Assembly: GCF_006345805.1 (NCBI RefSeq)
Contig: NC_043007.1
Span: 2,356,001-2,420,000, forward strand
Direction of reading: 5' to 3'
Length of the DNA: 64,000 bases
DNA from: Octopus sinensis
Taxonomy: Eukaryota
Shown: piece by piece, positions 35,931-51,085 of the stretch
How the letters are laid out: each line of letters starts with the position of its first letter
Position numbering within the stretch: the stretch's first letter is position 1
The notes under the pieces: generated by a model
Databases searched by the model: none
The model's input: the letters and a program-made list of their open reading frames with translations, nothing else
Told to the model about the DNA's origin: nothing
Made by a program: the position numbers and the translations under genes

Positions 35931-36959
35931 TAGGCAAATTTGTTGTTGAAAATGCACCCACATTGGAAAAACTTGTAATTGCCTAAAATAAATTTATTTA
36001 CATATATACCAAACTAGTTTCGACATTTTTTGTTTATCAGTGGTACAAATTTAGAATTATGAATTAGATTTTCCAGAGATGAAAAGGAGACATGATTTTG
36101 GGTGGATTCGAGATCGAAATATCGACGTTTGGAATTGTATGTTCTGCAAAGTATACGAGCCTTCAAGTGGCCTTTCGATCTACTAAAAATAAATAACAAG
36201 TATCTCATCAACTATTAACAGCCGCCTTTAAAAGTGAGAATCACGTTGGCTTATGCAGTTCTTGATAAACTGTGCACCTCAACTGAAGTACATGATTAAC
36301 ATGCCGTAGGTAATTTGTCTTCAAAGAACTTTGGTCTATTCGATCAGAGGATTCGAACGTTCAGACTGAAGTCTCTTGATTCCCTCAGACACAACTCACA
36401 TTTGGTGGCTGGATACAAGCTGCAGACCATTACGTCGATAACCGGTAGACGTTGCACGCATTACTCCTCAATCTTAGTTTATATTAAAAGAGAAATGGAT
36501 AATTTTAGCATTTTAGTTTGTATCAAAACTGACAGATCTAGAATATCTTGAGAAATATTTATATATCCTGTACAAAGTACTTATATTAAATTTGTCGAGT
36601 TTTCCCAGTGAGAAATTAGATAGTTAAATAGGCATGCATTACATAGATGAGTTTCTAAAGGTTGCAATAACCTCTAGTGGAGAGGGGGGTCTTATCAAAT
36701 GTTCCTATGATGATAGAGAATATTTACAGAGCTACAACATAACAAGAATGTTTATACAGAAAAATTACTTCATATATTACAAGTGATATGAAATCTCTTG
36801 GATGTTTTCTCTTTGAAGTTTGCTTTAGATATTAGAAACTTAATGCATGAGTAATCGTTTAGAATATGTTGGTAATAGTTTAGTAGGCGAGAAAGAAGTG
36901 AGCTAGTGCAGAAAGGAGTATACTGATTAAAAGGAGGATTGTAGGACTTAGCTCCATCA

Positions 36960-37002
36960 TCCGGAGATCGAATCCAGAGATCAAATCCAGAAATCGAATC
37001 TA
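36960..37002. repeat. Three imperfect 13-bp tandem units (CCAGAGATCGAAT)
   Basis: Direct inspection. Confidence 0.7.
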
Positions 37003-37109
37003 GACGTACTCAAGGCTTTCATTTGCTGTTACCATTTGATGATAAATAAAATAAACACAATATGGAAGAGTTACGTGTCAAAGCAAAAAAGAAAAACCCC
37101 ACAAACAAA

Positions 37110-38225
37110 CATGCAGATGATGGAGTGTTTCTGCACAGTAAAAGTGATGGGAAACTGTTCAATCTCTCGCGTATGCGTGCCAAGACTAAAATCAGAAGCG
37201 TCCTGATCAAGGAGATGCTATTTGCTGATGATGCCGCTCTGGTATCACACACAGAAGAAAACCTACAAAGGCTCATCAACTGTTTTGAGCAAGCATATGG
37301 CAACTTTGGCTTAGTTATCCGCCTCAAGAAGACCAACATCATGGGTCAGGCTACATCGGACATCCCAAACATACATATTGGCGACCACAGACTACAGGAG
37401 GTGGAGAAGTTTAGCTATCGTGGTTCTACCGTCACCTACAACCTATCCCTTGATACTGAGCTCAATATACGCATTGGCAAGGCAGCTGCTGTGATGGCCC
37501 AACTCTCCAAACGGGCATGGGACAATAAGCTGACCAAGACCACAAAAATGAAGATTTACCAGGCATGTGTACTTAGCACTCTACTGTATGGAAGTGAGAC
37601 TTGGACGCCATACACAGGCCATACGACGCCATACGTCGCCTAAATATCTTTCACACGCGCTGGCTTCGGAATATCTTTCGCATCAAATGGCAGAATCATG
37701 TCCCCAACAAAGATGTCCTCAAGCAAGCAGGAATACCAAGCATGTTTGCACTCCTCACACAAAGACGTATGAGATGGCTTGGACATGTTAGCCGTATGGA
37801 AGATGGCAGAATCCCCAAGGACATACTCAACGGAGAGCTTGCTAGGGGCACTAGGTCTGTGGGAAGACCGTTCTTACGATACAAGGATGTTTGCAAAAGG
37901 GACATGAATGCCTGCAATATCGATATTACCAACTGGGAAGCAGTTACTAGCAACCGTGGAGATTGGCGACGTACCGTGAAAGAGGGAACACAAAGGAGTG
38001 ACAGAGATAGAGAGGAGAAATGGAACGACAAGAAAAGATCTCAACAAGAATGTATGACATTACAACCAGCCAGGCAAAGTCTTCGCTACATTTTCGGCAC
38101 CAGCCAGAGGGAGAGTTTGTCCGGGATAGGACTACACAGCCACAGCAGGAGATGTATTAGGACATGAAATGTAAAAGCATTATTTTATGCGCAACTCCAG
38201 AGACAAAAAGGATGCCAACAACAAT
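37110..38225 (+). mobile_element. 5'-truncated RTE-clade LINE (RT C-terminal half plus C-terminus), frameshifted
   Basis: ORF 37062-37643 contains DGKLFNLSR, MLFADDAAL, LKKTNIM, VEKFSYRGS, RIGKAA and VLSTLLYGSETW. ORF 37601-38167 continues RWLGHVSRMEDGRIPKDIL..GRPFLRYKDVCKRDM. The 3' end reads GGATGCCAACAACAA. Confidence 0.95.
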
Positions 38226-38289
38226 ATATATATGGATTTTGTAGACAGGAACTGAAACAAATAAATCGTATATATATATGTATGTATAT

Positions 38290-38420
38290 ATGTAAGTGCA
38301 TGTGTGTGTCTCTGTGCTTCGCCCTCATCACTGCTTCACAACGGCTGTTCATTTATTTACATCCACATAACTAACTGGTTTCACAAGAACAAACTAATAG
38401 TATAAGTACTAGGCTTATCA
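38290..38420 (+). mobile_element. Diverged SINE family B 3' half
   Basis: CACTGCTTCACAAC..TTTACATCCACATAACT..ATAGTATAAGTACTAGGCTT. Confidence 0.6.
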
Positions 38421-38504
38421 ACATAAAAAATCACTAGGCTGTGTCTCATATTTTTGTTTGCCCAGTCAGTTGTATCTATCACTTTATCTTTGTATGTGTG
38501 TGTG

Positions 38505-38755
<251 letters not shown>

Positions 38756-40039
38756 AACACCCTAATGGTAGCCTTAACTCCCAAATTTTAGTAATTTCTT
38801 TTATGATCCAAAACTAGGTCAAAAGTAGTGAAAGGATCTTTATATGAAATTTGGAAATTATATTCTATTCATAAGGGCCATAACCCCCATGACAATTCAT
38901 ATATTTTTGCCGTTGATGAAATTGTAACCATAGATATTAGACACAAATGAAGTAATATTTATAAAATTTCATCTTCTTACAAAGTTAGAAAGACTCCTCC
39001 ATGGGGACTTAACACCCACAATTTTGTCATTTTATTTAGGCAAAAACGAATACAGTTGTGCTCTTGGAAGCTGTAGGGTTACCCGAGCATAAAAGTTGTG
39101 CATTATTTCTAATTCAATGGTACAACAGTGTAACAGTTTGCTTTGACATACACTTACATTGTGATTTCTGCAATGTGATGCATAAATTGTCAAGTAAATG
39201 AGAGGCATCTTTGCCTCCACTGATTCAGTTGCAAAGTGTTGAGTAAAGTTATTTGATTGCAGACCTCCTTTCAGTCTTTTTATTATCACTTGGTCACACA
39301 TAGTCCCCAGATGGTAACATTGATTTCAAGGCCTTCTCAGATGAGTGACTGGTTATTCAAAGACAGTTATAGATTGTAAATTTATTCTGTCCAGTTACGT
39401 ATCAGTATAGTCAACTCCAGAGGTGACACTTTAATTTCTCCTTAGCCCTCACGTCACACTGTTGCTAATGTTGATTTCAGTTGGGTCACGCCCTTCCAAT
39501 TGCTATAGATTCGTAATGCGTCTTACGGCTGTGCCTGTCACCTGGATGGTGAGGAATCCTACATTGGGAGTGGTAACGACTAGGGTAGAGTAGCTCACTG
39601 CTCATTGTGATCATTCATCTTTTGGTTTCCTGTAGCTTTGCTCTCTTTTACAAACCCAGTGAACATATATTTCCTATTTCAAAGAAATTCAAACAATAGA
39701 TATAAGACCCAAGTTAAAAAGATTTTCAACAATTCAACTTCTCTGGTTGACATTAAGATGCTCACCCCCAACAGGGGCCTTAACTCTCACATTTTAGAGC
39801 TCGATCACCTTCATTTGTCAGGAGCAAAATCTTTTTAACAGGTTCAATAAGACTGGAATTTTGGAATATGCGCATAAAAATCAGTAGTACGGGATACATG
39901 CGGCACGATTACAATTTTTCTAGGGTGTGTAAAAAGGGAAATAAGCCTCATCTGTAATTTTGATGAAATTCGAAACATAGATATTCCATTTCACTACAGA
40001 AGATATAACAGAAAAATCTAATTCTTCTATTGAATGTAA

Positions 40040-40066
40040 CCGGGCAACGCCGGTTATCTTTGCTAG
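40040..40066 (+). mobile_element. Helitron 3' terminus
   Basis: Hairpin ACCGGGCAACGCCGGT followed by CTAG|T. The 5' extent is not determined. Confidence 0.6.
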
Positions 40067-40114
40067 TATATATATATATATATATAAATATTTAGGAATG
40101 GTCACTTTTTTGCC

Positions 40115-40196
<82 letters not shown>

Positions 40197-40829
40197 GTAA
40201 TGCGTCTTTCAGTAACTTCTATAACTACGAATGAGAAAACTTTCTACTTTTATACTTTTGCAGATGAAAGACTTATTTGATATATTGCACAGTGACCGAT
40301 TCAGTGATTTTTATCACGTTAAGCGGCCTTCCCAAAGTATTAAGAATATTAAAACGAAATGGAAGCTGCGTTTACTGGTAGCTGATTTTATTTATAGGTG
40401 TCCCAGGTATGACCTGTGTATAGCAGGTAGATGTTATGGTGTTGGTCACCGTTAGTTGCTTGTTTTGATCTATCGTTGTATATACTGTATGTACACCCTC
40501 AATTGTGCGTGCTTTTGTGCCTATGAATATATATAAGTGTTGTCTGGACAATCAATGTTTTTAGTTCCAAAAGATATAGATATGACTGAATATGATTTCA
40601 ATTTAATGAGAGTTAATTTGTATATTTAAGAAGAAAAATCAATGAGAAGTGATGCGAGATGAATTCAAGTTCTGCTTAAAGTAATCTTCGTTCCGAGGTC
40701 AATTTTGCTTTATTGGGTATTAAGTGGATTAGTTGAAGCACTGAATGTGAGTGGGTGACAGATAATGCATAGGGGTCCGAGGTTGACGTCTATGGGGTAG
40801 TATAGGAGTTTATTGCTAACAGAGGAAGC

Positions 40830-41215
40830 ACGTATATATATATGAATATATGTACGTACGTATGTATGTACGTCTGTATGTATGTATGTATGTATGTATG
40901 TACGTACGTATGTATGTATGTATGCATGTATGTATGTATGTATGCATGTATGTACATACGTATGTATGTATGTACGTACGTACGTATGTATGTATGAATG
41001 TATGTATATATGTATGTACGTATGTATGTATGTATGTATGTATGTATGTATGTATGTATGTATGTATGTACGTATGTATGTATGTACGTACATATATATG
41101 TATGTATGTGCGTACGTACGTATGTATGTATGTATGTATATATGCATGTATGTATGTATGTATGTATGTCTGTATGTATGTATGTATGCATGTATGTCTG
41201 TATGTATGCATGAAT
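40830..41215. repeat. (TATG)n/(TACG)n tetranucleotide array
   Basis: Direct inspection. Confidence 0.95.
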
Positions 41216-41552
41216 ATACTTCATAGATGATATCCAGATCGTCTCAGTATAGAATACACTGAGTAATGCTCATAATATTCAAACTTGAGCGGTTATAGAC
41301 TCAAATATGGCAATGATTTGTCTAATTTGCTTTTCCTCACATTCGCTTCTATTTATGTACATTATTCACATTCAAAAATGACAAACAAAAGGGGACAAAC
41401 AACAGTCAGGCATAGAGAACGATGAAGCATTCACCAATTTGTAGTTTGGTCGGTTATGGCACAGAAATATACGCTGTGGCAATGATTTGTTAATGCACAA
41501 ATTAATTACCATTCAACCCAAACCTGTTGATGAGTTCCAACTATTAAGGTCA

Positions 41553-41594
41553 CGAGGGTCCTATAATTAGGAGCGAGGGTCCTATAATTAGGAG
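41553..41594. repeat. Exact 21-bp tandem duplication (CGAGGGTCCTATAATTAGGAG)
   Basis: Direct inspection. Confidence 0.9.
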
Positions 41595-41689
41595 CGTGCG
41601 CTATCTACCTCTAAGTGACCAATATTGAAACGATTCTAAGGAAGCATTCTTTTCTCGCATTTCGTTCATTTAGTTCAGTTTATATCTAA

Positions 41690-42072
41690 CTAGCAGTATC
41701 GCCCGGCGTTGCTCGGGTTTGTAAGGGAAATAACTATATAAGCATTTTTAGAGATGTAAAGTATAATAGCCATCTCAATATGGCTAACCACAAAGGAGGG
41801 GGTGTTACTGTAACTTTTTACGTTCTGAGATTTAATAAAATTTTTTTTGAGAGTTACTTCCCTTATATGTGCCAAAAATGCATTAAAAATGGGAAAAAAT
41901 GATGGTAATTTTTTTTTAATCGTAGGCTCATCGTAGACGCGCGCTAATACCCAGAAGGGCTCGATATGAATCACGACTATAAGATTTGGTTAAACTGCAC
42001 CGCAAAATGTGGGAGTAGTTAGGAATCTAAATCGTAGTAGAGAGACAGCACATAACCTCACTTTTATATATA
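41690..42072 (-). mobile_element. Non-autonomous Helitron (same family as 15125-16139)
   Basis: Plus strand starts CTAGCAGTATCGCCCGGCGTTGCTCGGG (reverse complement of the 3' end) and shares the 5' block on the minus strand. Confidence 0.88.
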
Positions 42073-42187
42073 TCTAATAACGCTGTCTTTACAGCATCAG
42101 CCATATACGTCGTCCACTGCTATTGTAAATCGTTATAGATATTAATGTAAGTGGTTGTTCGTGGCGGGTTGAACATGTGTGTGTGTG

Positions 42188-42234
<47 letters not shown>

Positions 42235-42474
42235 AGTGTTCTTGGTTGTGAAGCGGGTTCAACGTATTGTGGTGTTGATTTACAAACAAGTGCGTGCAAG
42301 TTTTACTGATAATTAATGAATTTTCATCACAAGCCTCATCACTTATGGAGATTATAGCTTCTGGTGTGCGTGTGCGTGTGTGTGAGAGTGTGGGTGTTTG
42401 CACAGAGAAGTGTGTGTATATGCGGGTCTGCGGTGGTGGTCAGAGTGAGTGATGTGTTTGTGACTTGTGCAATC

Positions 42475-42689
42475 TTTTTACTCTAGGCAAAAGGCCCGAA
42501 ATCTTAGCGGGGAGGGGGACCAGTCGATTAGATAGACCTCAGTACGCAACTGGTGCTTAAGTTATCGCCCCCGAAAGGATAAAAGGAAAAGTCGGCCTCG
42601 GCGGAATTTGAACTCAGAACGTAAAGACCGATGAAATGCTGCTTAAGCATTTCCCCCGGTGCGCTAACGGTTCTGCTAGCTCGCCGCCT
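42475..42689 (-). mobile_element. SINE family A (alternative tail) with 17-bp TSD
   Basis: TTGTGAC(T/C)TGTGCAATC at 42458-42474 and 42690-42706. Confidence 0.9.
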
Positions 42690-43507
42690 TTGTGACCTGT
42701 GCAATCGATGTGTGTGCATGTATGTGTATGTGTATGTGTGTGTGCATGTGAGTGTGTGTGGTGTGTGTGCATGTGAGTATGCGTAGAGTCTGTAGGAGGG
42801 TTTAGCGTGAATGTATACTCATGTATAGGTGTGTAATGCGAGTTTTATGGTGATATGGGTGGGCCTTATATGTGTGCGTTTGCATGTGTGTGGTTGCGTG
42901 TGTGTGTGTGCTTATGTTACTATGTATGTGTGTGCGCTTTGTGTGTATGTGTTTGTTAGTGTAAGTATGTAAGTGTGTATGTGTGTTTGTGGAAGAGGTT
43001 GTGCGTACGTTGTATCATGTTGCTATATATATTCGTATGTCTTCCTTAGCATGGTGCAGACAAGCTGTAGCGATGACGTGTGGCTTTGTTTTTACTCCAT
43101 TTTCGACATTTTATGCGAGATAAAATTAAATTTAACGGGTGAAACGAAAACCTTTTAAGGGGTTCATCGTCTCCAATTATAAGGTAAGCATTAGTGGACG
43201 GGATTTGACAAAGCTTTTGAAGTGTGCGGGTATGTGTGTTCGTGTGGTTGTCGGATAGCAGTATGTATGCGTTTGTGAGTTTAGTACAGAGATAAAGATG
43301 TGCATTTAAGGGTGCAATCTTTTAGAATTTGTATTTTAAGGATTTATATACCTAATTAATTGCTTCGTTGCCTGTGAAGGTGGGTGGATTTAGGAGCGAA
43401 AATGATGGAGGGAAAATTGTGAGTGTTGGTGAGTTTGTGTCTAATTGATCCTCTTCATATGTGTATGTATGTGAAAGTAGATGGGTGATTAGTTGTTAAG
43501 TTATAAA

Positions 43508-43710
43508 TACTTGGTCTGATCAATAATTGTCCGCATTGTTGCCATAGTAAAGAAGCTAACGCGCAAAGTTGAAGTGGCTCGGGAAAGATTGACCTTGATC
43601 TCTTCTGTGCATGCGCATTAAGGTTTAACATTCTAGCTCACTTTCGCTATTTGCAGCAATGCTTGGTAGGAAGGTATGTAGCGGGTGATCGTTGCATTGA
43701 CGATGACAGA
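43508..43710 (+). mobile_element. Mariner-family 5' end fragment
   Basis: TACTTGGTCTGATCAATA..GTTGCCATAGTAAAGAAGCT matches the starts at 43831 and 46288. Confidence 0.7.
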
Positions 43711-43830
43711 GGGAGTACATAAATACATACATACATACATACATACAAACAAATATAGTGTCTGTGTCTGTGCGAGCGAGTGTACATACTTAAGTAGATA
43801 AGTATACATATATATGTTTACTTGCGGCTA

Positions 43831-44280
43831 TACGAGGTCTGATCAATACGTATCCGCTCTGTTGCTATAGTAACGAAGCTAAAACACGCAGAGTAAAGCC
43901 GCTTGGCAGAGATCAACTCGGCTGTCCATGCGTACCAAGTTTTAATGTTCTAATGTTTTAGTGTATGGAGAGGAGTGTAAGAGCCGCACTCAATGTACGA
44001 ATCGTTCAGAGGTTTCCAAGGTGGCCGAAATGTGTTAATATTGACGAACATTCTAGGAGACCCGCAAGCTCATCTTTCCTTGTCGTGGTCAATGCGACGA
44101 TCAAACGCTACGCACGTCGTTTCCACGCACTGCTGTATACACCGGAAGTGAGCTGAACGTTAATGCTTATGGTGCATGGGCAGTAGAATTGAAGATCAAT
44201 TTGTGCCAAGTGGCTCCCTCTGCGTGCCTCAGCTTTGTCATTATGGCAACAGTCCGTAATACTTATTGAACAAACCATAT
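43831..44280 (+). mobile_element. Internally deleted mariner-family element with both TIRs
   Basis: TACGAGGTCTGATCAATA..TGTTGCTATAGTAACGAAGCT versus the terminal AGCTTTGTCATTATGGCAACAGT..TATTGAACAAACCATA. Residual YGEEC..R.Q.Y..F.G....DEHSRRP. Confidence 0.75.
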
Positions 44281-44939
44281 ATGTGTGCAGTTTAATCGTA
44301 TTAATATACGTATGTGCGTCCGTGCGCGATTTTCCTTATTAGTTTATATGTGTAAAGTTGTGTATAGGTATTTCTCTCGTCTTTCTCTCTATAATTACCT
44401 CCTTGGATCTGCGAATTCCTGCTAAATTGCACTAACACAATGTCTAGGGTTGACACGCTCTGTGATCCACAGACATTAGATTCTAGATTAATACAGAGTT
44501 CATGTTTATGCCCCGTACACAATGCCATCAAAAATTCCCGTGTAGATTTTATACAGAAATAATGATTCAGACATTTTAAATGAAGGAAAACAATGTCGAT
44601 ATAGATACAGATTTTGAAAGCATAAATATTGATCAATTTAGAAATTTTCATTTTTTAAATATTTTATTTCGAAATACGCTGACAAAGGCTACAGAAATTC
44701 TATTGTTTTCCAGAATTTCTAAGAGTTCAGGAAACTTTTTAAATTCAATAATTTTGACAGAATATCTTGAAGCAATGTTTGGCGTCTGTACCACCGCAGG
44801 TTTTCTTATAGTCACGATTCAAGTTACATTTTGAAAGGTAGGCGCAGGTATTTCATGGGGAGGTGGTGAGTCGGATGTGAATGGTGGTTATTCATTATTC
44901 ATCAATTTATTGTAAATGTATACATTCATACATGCATGA

Positions 44940-45165
44940 ACGTATATGTATGGAAATATGCATATATTACACACACACACACACACATGTATATATATTT
45001 CTATGTATGTATGTATATGTATGTATGTATATAGATATATACCTATACATACATCTATATCTATATCTATATATACATATATATGTATATATGTATGTAT
45101 ATATATATATATTTGTTCCACATCCTCGCGTTGTTGTCTTTTTGTTTTCTTGTTTGGATTAAATT

Positions 45166-45206
<41 letters not shown>

Positions 45207-45390
45207 ATGTGTGTGTATGTGTGTGTGTGTGTGTGTTTGCGTGTGTGTATGAATGTATATATATATCTGAATTTCTCTGTACGTATGTTTATTTATATAT
45301 ATATATGTATATAAGTATTTATATATATGTGTGTGTTTGTGTATGCGTGTGTATGTATGTGTATGTATATGTATGCATGTATGTATGTAC
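44940..45390. repeat. Compound CA/TA/TG microsatellite field
   Basis: Direct inspection. Confidence 0.85.
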
Positions 45391-46287
45391 TATATCTTTT
45401 CCAGATATAGATTTAATATAGCTCCGAAAATTTTCTCATTTCTCTGCATGAAAAAAAATTCTTCGCATACAAGGTTTCACTTTTCAATCAATAGATAAGT
45501 GTTTAACTTATCCATAAATGCATTTCTGTGTATGATTATTTATAGATCAGCCTTCGACTTGCAACATAATTTCGTACACAATTCCACCATACTATATGTG
45601 TATATATATGAAATTTATAATAATATATATTTGTGTGTGTGTGTGCGTGTGTATAAATAAATATATATATATTAGAAGAAATGAGGTACTTGGAAAATCG
45701 GATGGTTTATATTTACAGATATTTATTTGTATATTACATTTTTTATATATCATATAACTTAAATCATGTATTAGCGCTTTCTCCCATTCTAGTGGGGTTT
45801 TCAAATCAAACTAAGTTTCTGCGTGAGGAGTTTTGACCATTTTATAGTGGTATTGAGTTTGTGGTGGTGGGAAGGAATATAAGACAGTACAAGAGGGTGA
45901 TGGATGAGGAGAAAGTGAGAGAGAGAACATGTGTGCATGTGTGTGCGTGTGTGTGTGTGTTTTTGTATTTTGGGATGAGTGCTAAAGAAAAAAAGGGGAA
46001 GGGAGAGGAAAGAAGAAGAAAAGAATTTTTTGGTCTACTGGACAGAATATTGACTCCAAGGGGGTTCTAAGGTCCTGGGAAAAAAGAATTTCAGTTTTGA
46101 CCATTTCACAATGTCACTGAGTGTGTGATGGAGGGGAGGTAGACCATAAATTATATTTCTTTTTATCATTGTGAGAGAGTGTGTATGTGTGTGTTTAATG
46201 AGGGATGGTCAAATATATATATACATACATGCATACATACATACATACATACATACATACAAGCATATATATGTTTAGTTGTGTCTA

Positions 46288-46785
46288 TACGAGGTCTGAT
46301 CAATATGTGTGCACACTGTTGCCATAGTAACGATGCTAAAGCACGCAGAGTAAAGCCGCCAGGCACAGATCAACTGGGTTGTGTATACGTACCAAGTTTT
46401 AATGTTTTAACTTACTTTAGCTGTTTACAGCAGTGCTTGGAAGGAAAGTGTGTAGCATATGGACATCGCATTGACCAGGACAAAGTTGTCATGACGATAC
46501 CTGCTCAGTGGACTACGCAATGTTGCAGAAAGTGTATGGAGGGGAGTGTATGAGCCGCAGTCAAGTGTACGAGTCGTTCAGTGGTTTCCAAAATGGCCGA
46601 AAATTGTTAATATTAACAAACATTTTGGAAGACCCGGAAGCAGGAGAACTGAGAAAAACATCGCAGATTTACGTGCAGCTGTGAGGGGTAATTGTCGAAT
46701 CACCATCCGTGAGTTATCAGAAGATGTACAGATTAGTTCCGGTTCAGTTCAGTCCATTGAAAATTTGAGTATGAGGCACGTGTCT
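46288..46785 (+). mobile_element. Mariner 5' fragment with N-terminal coding remnant
   Basis: Same TIR as above. VYGGECMSRSQVYESF, then GRPGSRRTEKNIADLRAAVRGNCRITIRELSEDVQISSGSVQSI. Confidence 0.85.
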
Positions 46786-46973
46786 TTTGCCTTCTAGTGT
46801 AGCCACATGTAGCTTTTGTGTTTTGCTTATAGAATAACTGAGAGTAACAATAGATGGAGATTTTTGCTCAGAACGTTTGCGACACATTGTTTCGTCACGT
46901 TTAAGTTGAAGAACAGAAGGAATCATGTGGCATTTGTCTTCTCCCCTTGCAGTCATTCAGATTGTGATTTCTT

Positions 46974-47385
46974 TATACTCTTTTACTTGTTTCAGTCATT
47001 TGACTGCGGCCATGCTGGAGCACCGCCTTTAGTCGAGCAACTCGACCCCGAGATTTATTCTTTGTAATCCCAGTACTTATTCTATCTGTCTCTTTTGTCG
47101 AACCGCTAAGTGACGGGGACGTAAACACACCAGCATCGGTTGTCAAGCAATACTAGAGGGACAAACACAGACACACAAACATATACACACACATACATAT
47201 ATATACATACATGTATACGACAGGCTTGTTTCAGTTTCCGTCTACCAAATCCACTCACAAGGCATTGGTCGGCTCGAGGCTATAGCAGAGGACAGTTGCC
47301 CAAGATGGCACGCAGTGGGACTGAACCCGGAACCATGTGGTTGGCAAGCAAGCTACTTACCACACAGCCACTTCTGCGTCTATAC
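46974..47385 (-). mobile_element. SINE family B
   Basis: Reverse complement of the family B architecture. Confidence 0.9.
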
Positions 47386-48314
47386 GGCACAATTCTACAT
47401 TCTCTTCGAAGGCACTCACTTTTAGAGGGTACACTGAGAGAAATTTTGAAACAATATCCATGGACAATCTAATCGAGTTAGAGACATAATTTAGTGAAAA
47501 ATATTATCTTTCTCTTAAACTTTCTAAACACTGTGATTATCAAGATTATATTTAGTTATTGTTTCAAACATTTTTACGATAATTTTCAAAGAAGCGGATT
47601 GAAGTGGAAAATTTTATCTAGCGAAGAAACTACTTGAGTTATTAAGTAAATAATTAATAGAAAAAAAATTAAAATGCTTAGTATAACCCTCTGCTTAAAT
47701 TAAGTTTAGCAGAAACCTTATCCAAAAATTTAGTTATTTTATAAAAAAAAAAAAACGATTCTTCGCATAAATCGCACTGTATATCCATTTAATAAACACT
47801 ATTAAACTCTCATACACTATCACAGTTTTCTCCAAAACTTAGTTTCTTCCAATCAACAACAGCCGAAACAGAACTGTACCTACAAAAGCAGGAATATCTG
47901 TTATGTATGAACCGAACACAAATAATAGTCTTTTTAAGTCCAACTATTTACAAAAGCATAATCGACCAACAAAGAATTATTTGCTATACATTTCATTTTG
48001 ACTGTTTATATATTTTCTAAAAATAGCTTAATATGTACCAACTCTGCAATTATAATTAAGCGTTAGACTTCATGCAAACTTTATCTGTGCATTTTAAAAT
48101 CTATATAAACCATAAAACCTAATTAAACGGACATTTTACATTCTGTTATAACGAATCGATACTATAAGCTAATATAAATTTCCACTGCCTTATCCAGCTT
48201 TAATTACTTCTCCATCTTTGTTTCTTAAGATATTTTTGTTTAAAAATTAATTTCTTGTATTATTGTTAGAACTTCTTTTTTATTGGCTCCACATGCATTT
48301 CATATTCTCCATGC

Positions 48315-48612
48315 GTTGTGCAGTTGTGCAGTTGTTGTTGTTGCTGCTGCTGTTGTTGTGGTTGTTGTTGCTGCTGCCGTTCTTGTTGCTGTTGTTGTTG
48401 TTGTTGTTGTTGTTGTTCTTCTTCTTCTTCTTCTTTATCTCCTTACTCTTATTCTTCTGTTTCCTCTCCTCCTCCTCATCCCCCCTTACTCTTCCTCCTC
48501 CACCTCCTCTTCTTCTAATTCTTCTTCTTCCTCCTCCCCCTCCCTCCTACTACTACCACTATAAGCACCAGCTCCAGCACCAGCACCACAACTACTACTA
48601 CTACTACTACTC

Positions 48613-48645
<33 letters not shown>

Positions 48646-48690
48646 TGCCTCCTCCTCCTCCCCTTACTCCCCTTCTGCTCCTCCTCCTAC
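48315..48690. repeat. Mosaic trinucleotide array (GTT/GCT, TTC, CCT, CTA)
   Basis: Direct inspection. Confidence 0.9.
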
Positions 48691-48832
48691 TCTCCCCCAG
48701 TTCATCGAATCTGTCGCTATCCATGTAAATGTATTACAAGCACTACCAAGGTTCATCCAATAAAAGTTCAGAATTAACTCCAAACAACTTTTTAAAACTC
48801 TGTTGTAAACTACAACCTGTGAATAAAACAAG

Positions 48833-48865
<33 letters not shown>

Positions 48866-49025
48866 ATATATAGATATAGATATATATGATATATAGATAT
48901 ACATACATACATATATATATATATACACACACATATATGTATATATATATATATTGTATATATTATACATGCGTATGCATATATTATATATAATTATGTA
49001 ATACATTTTTTTATATCTGTGTGTA

Positions 49026-49064
<39 letters not shown>

Positions 49065-49589
49065 TATCGTCTGCTATTTAAAGCTTAGCGTAACGATTGT
49101 TTTCACGATAGGCTGTACAATATTCTGTCAGCCGAAACGATTGCTGTGCCGCGATTATAGAAAAGAATATTAAAATATATTTATATATAGATGTATATTT
49201 ATATGCATACACATGATTCATGCACGCTGTTTGTATATATGTCGGACGTAGGTTTATATGTGTTTCTGCTAAAGACACACCGCTTGTCTTGTATATCTGT
49301 GTAAAAGAAATAACTGGTCTTTCATTAGCAAATTTAAGAGACTCACGATGTAATATGTCGATCAACAAGTTCGGAAACACATTCATGTGTAATAATATTG
49401 TTTTTATGTTTGTTTTTTCTTTGGTTCTTATTGTTTCTTTTGACAAAACATAAGACTGCAATAAAACTGCTCTACAACTGTTCGTGCATTGATGAGACAC
49501 AAAGAGTACAACAACACTCGACATGATTAAAATATTGCCTTTATATTAAGCTTCCTGACAAGAAATAATAAAAGGAACGTAGATGTATG

Positions 49590-50310
<721 letters not shown>

Positions 50311-50824
50311 GATTATGTGTTAGTGTAGCCTCTTGTTTTCTTTATGATTCAGTTTACTTTGATTTTTTAGCTATAAAACATATTCACTTAATTCGACCAT
50401 TTTTTTTTTTCATATGTAAGCATAAAACGAAAAGAATGGTGTCTAAAAACATATCAAGATTAATGCATGCCGCTATGTATTTTGGCAAGTACAGGTCAAA
50501 TATGTTTAACATATTTTTTCTTCGATTACCTTAACTATCACGAAAAAGGCAATACTTGATTGCACGGAGTTTTTTTTCTCTTCTCCGTTCGCGTTTCTCT
50601 TATTAATTCTCCATATAACTCTCGCTTAACTTCGGCCTCTCGCGCTCTTCCTCTCTCTCTCTGTATGCTGTGATGTCTTTCTCGTGTATTTCGCCTCAAA
50701 CATTTCCTTATATACAGAAAAGCAAGGAAATTTGGGCCATGAGAATCATATAGTTTCTATCAAAAGTTCTATACTTCTAGTCAACTAAATTGGTGCTGAC
50801 TTAAAGATGACACCTTTGATGTCT

Positions 50825-50958
50825 ACCAACCAACCTACTTACCTACCTACCTATCTACCTACGTACATATGTATGAATGTATGTATGTACGTATGTATGT
50901 ATCTATCTGTCTGTCTATCTGTCTATCTACCTACCTGACTATCGATCTACATATATGC

Positions 50959-51023
<65 letters not shown>

Positions 51024-51085
51024 CATATATATATATATATCTATATATATATGTATATATATATATTATATATATATATATATAA
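50825..51085. repeat. CTAC/TATG/TCTA/CT/TA compound microsatellite
   Basis: Direct inspection. Confidence 0.9.

Noticed and set aside
44301-44834. Overlapping ORFs in a unique AT-rich block
   Set aside because: No family motif and no consistent exon phase. It cannot be excluded as exonic without expression data.
48263-48763. Poly-Leu/Pro/Tyr/Cys ORFs
   Set aside because: They are translations of trinucleotide arrays.
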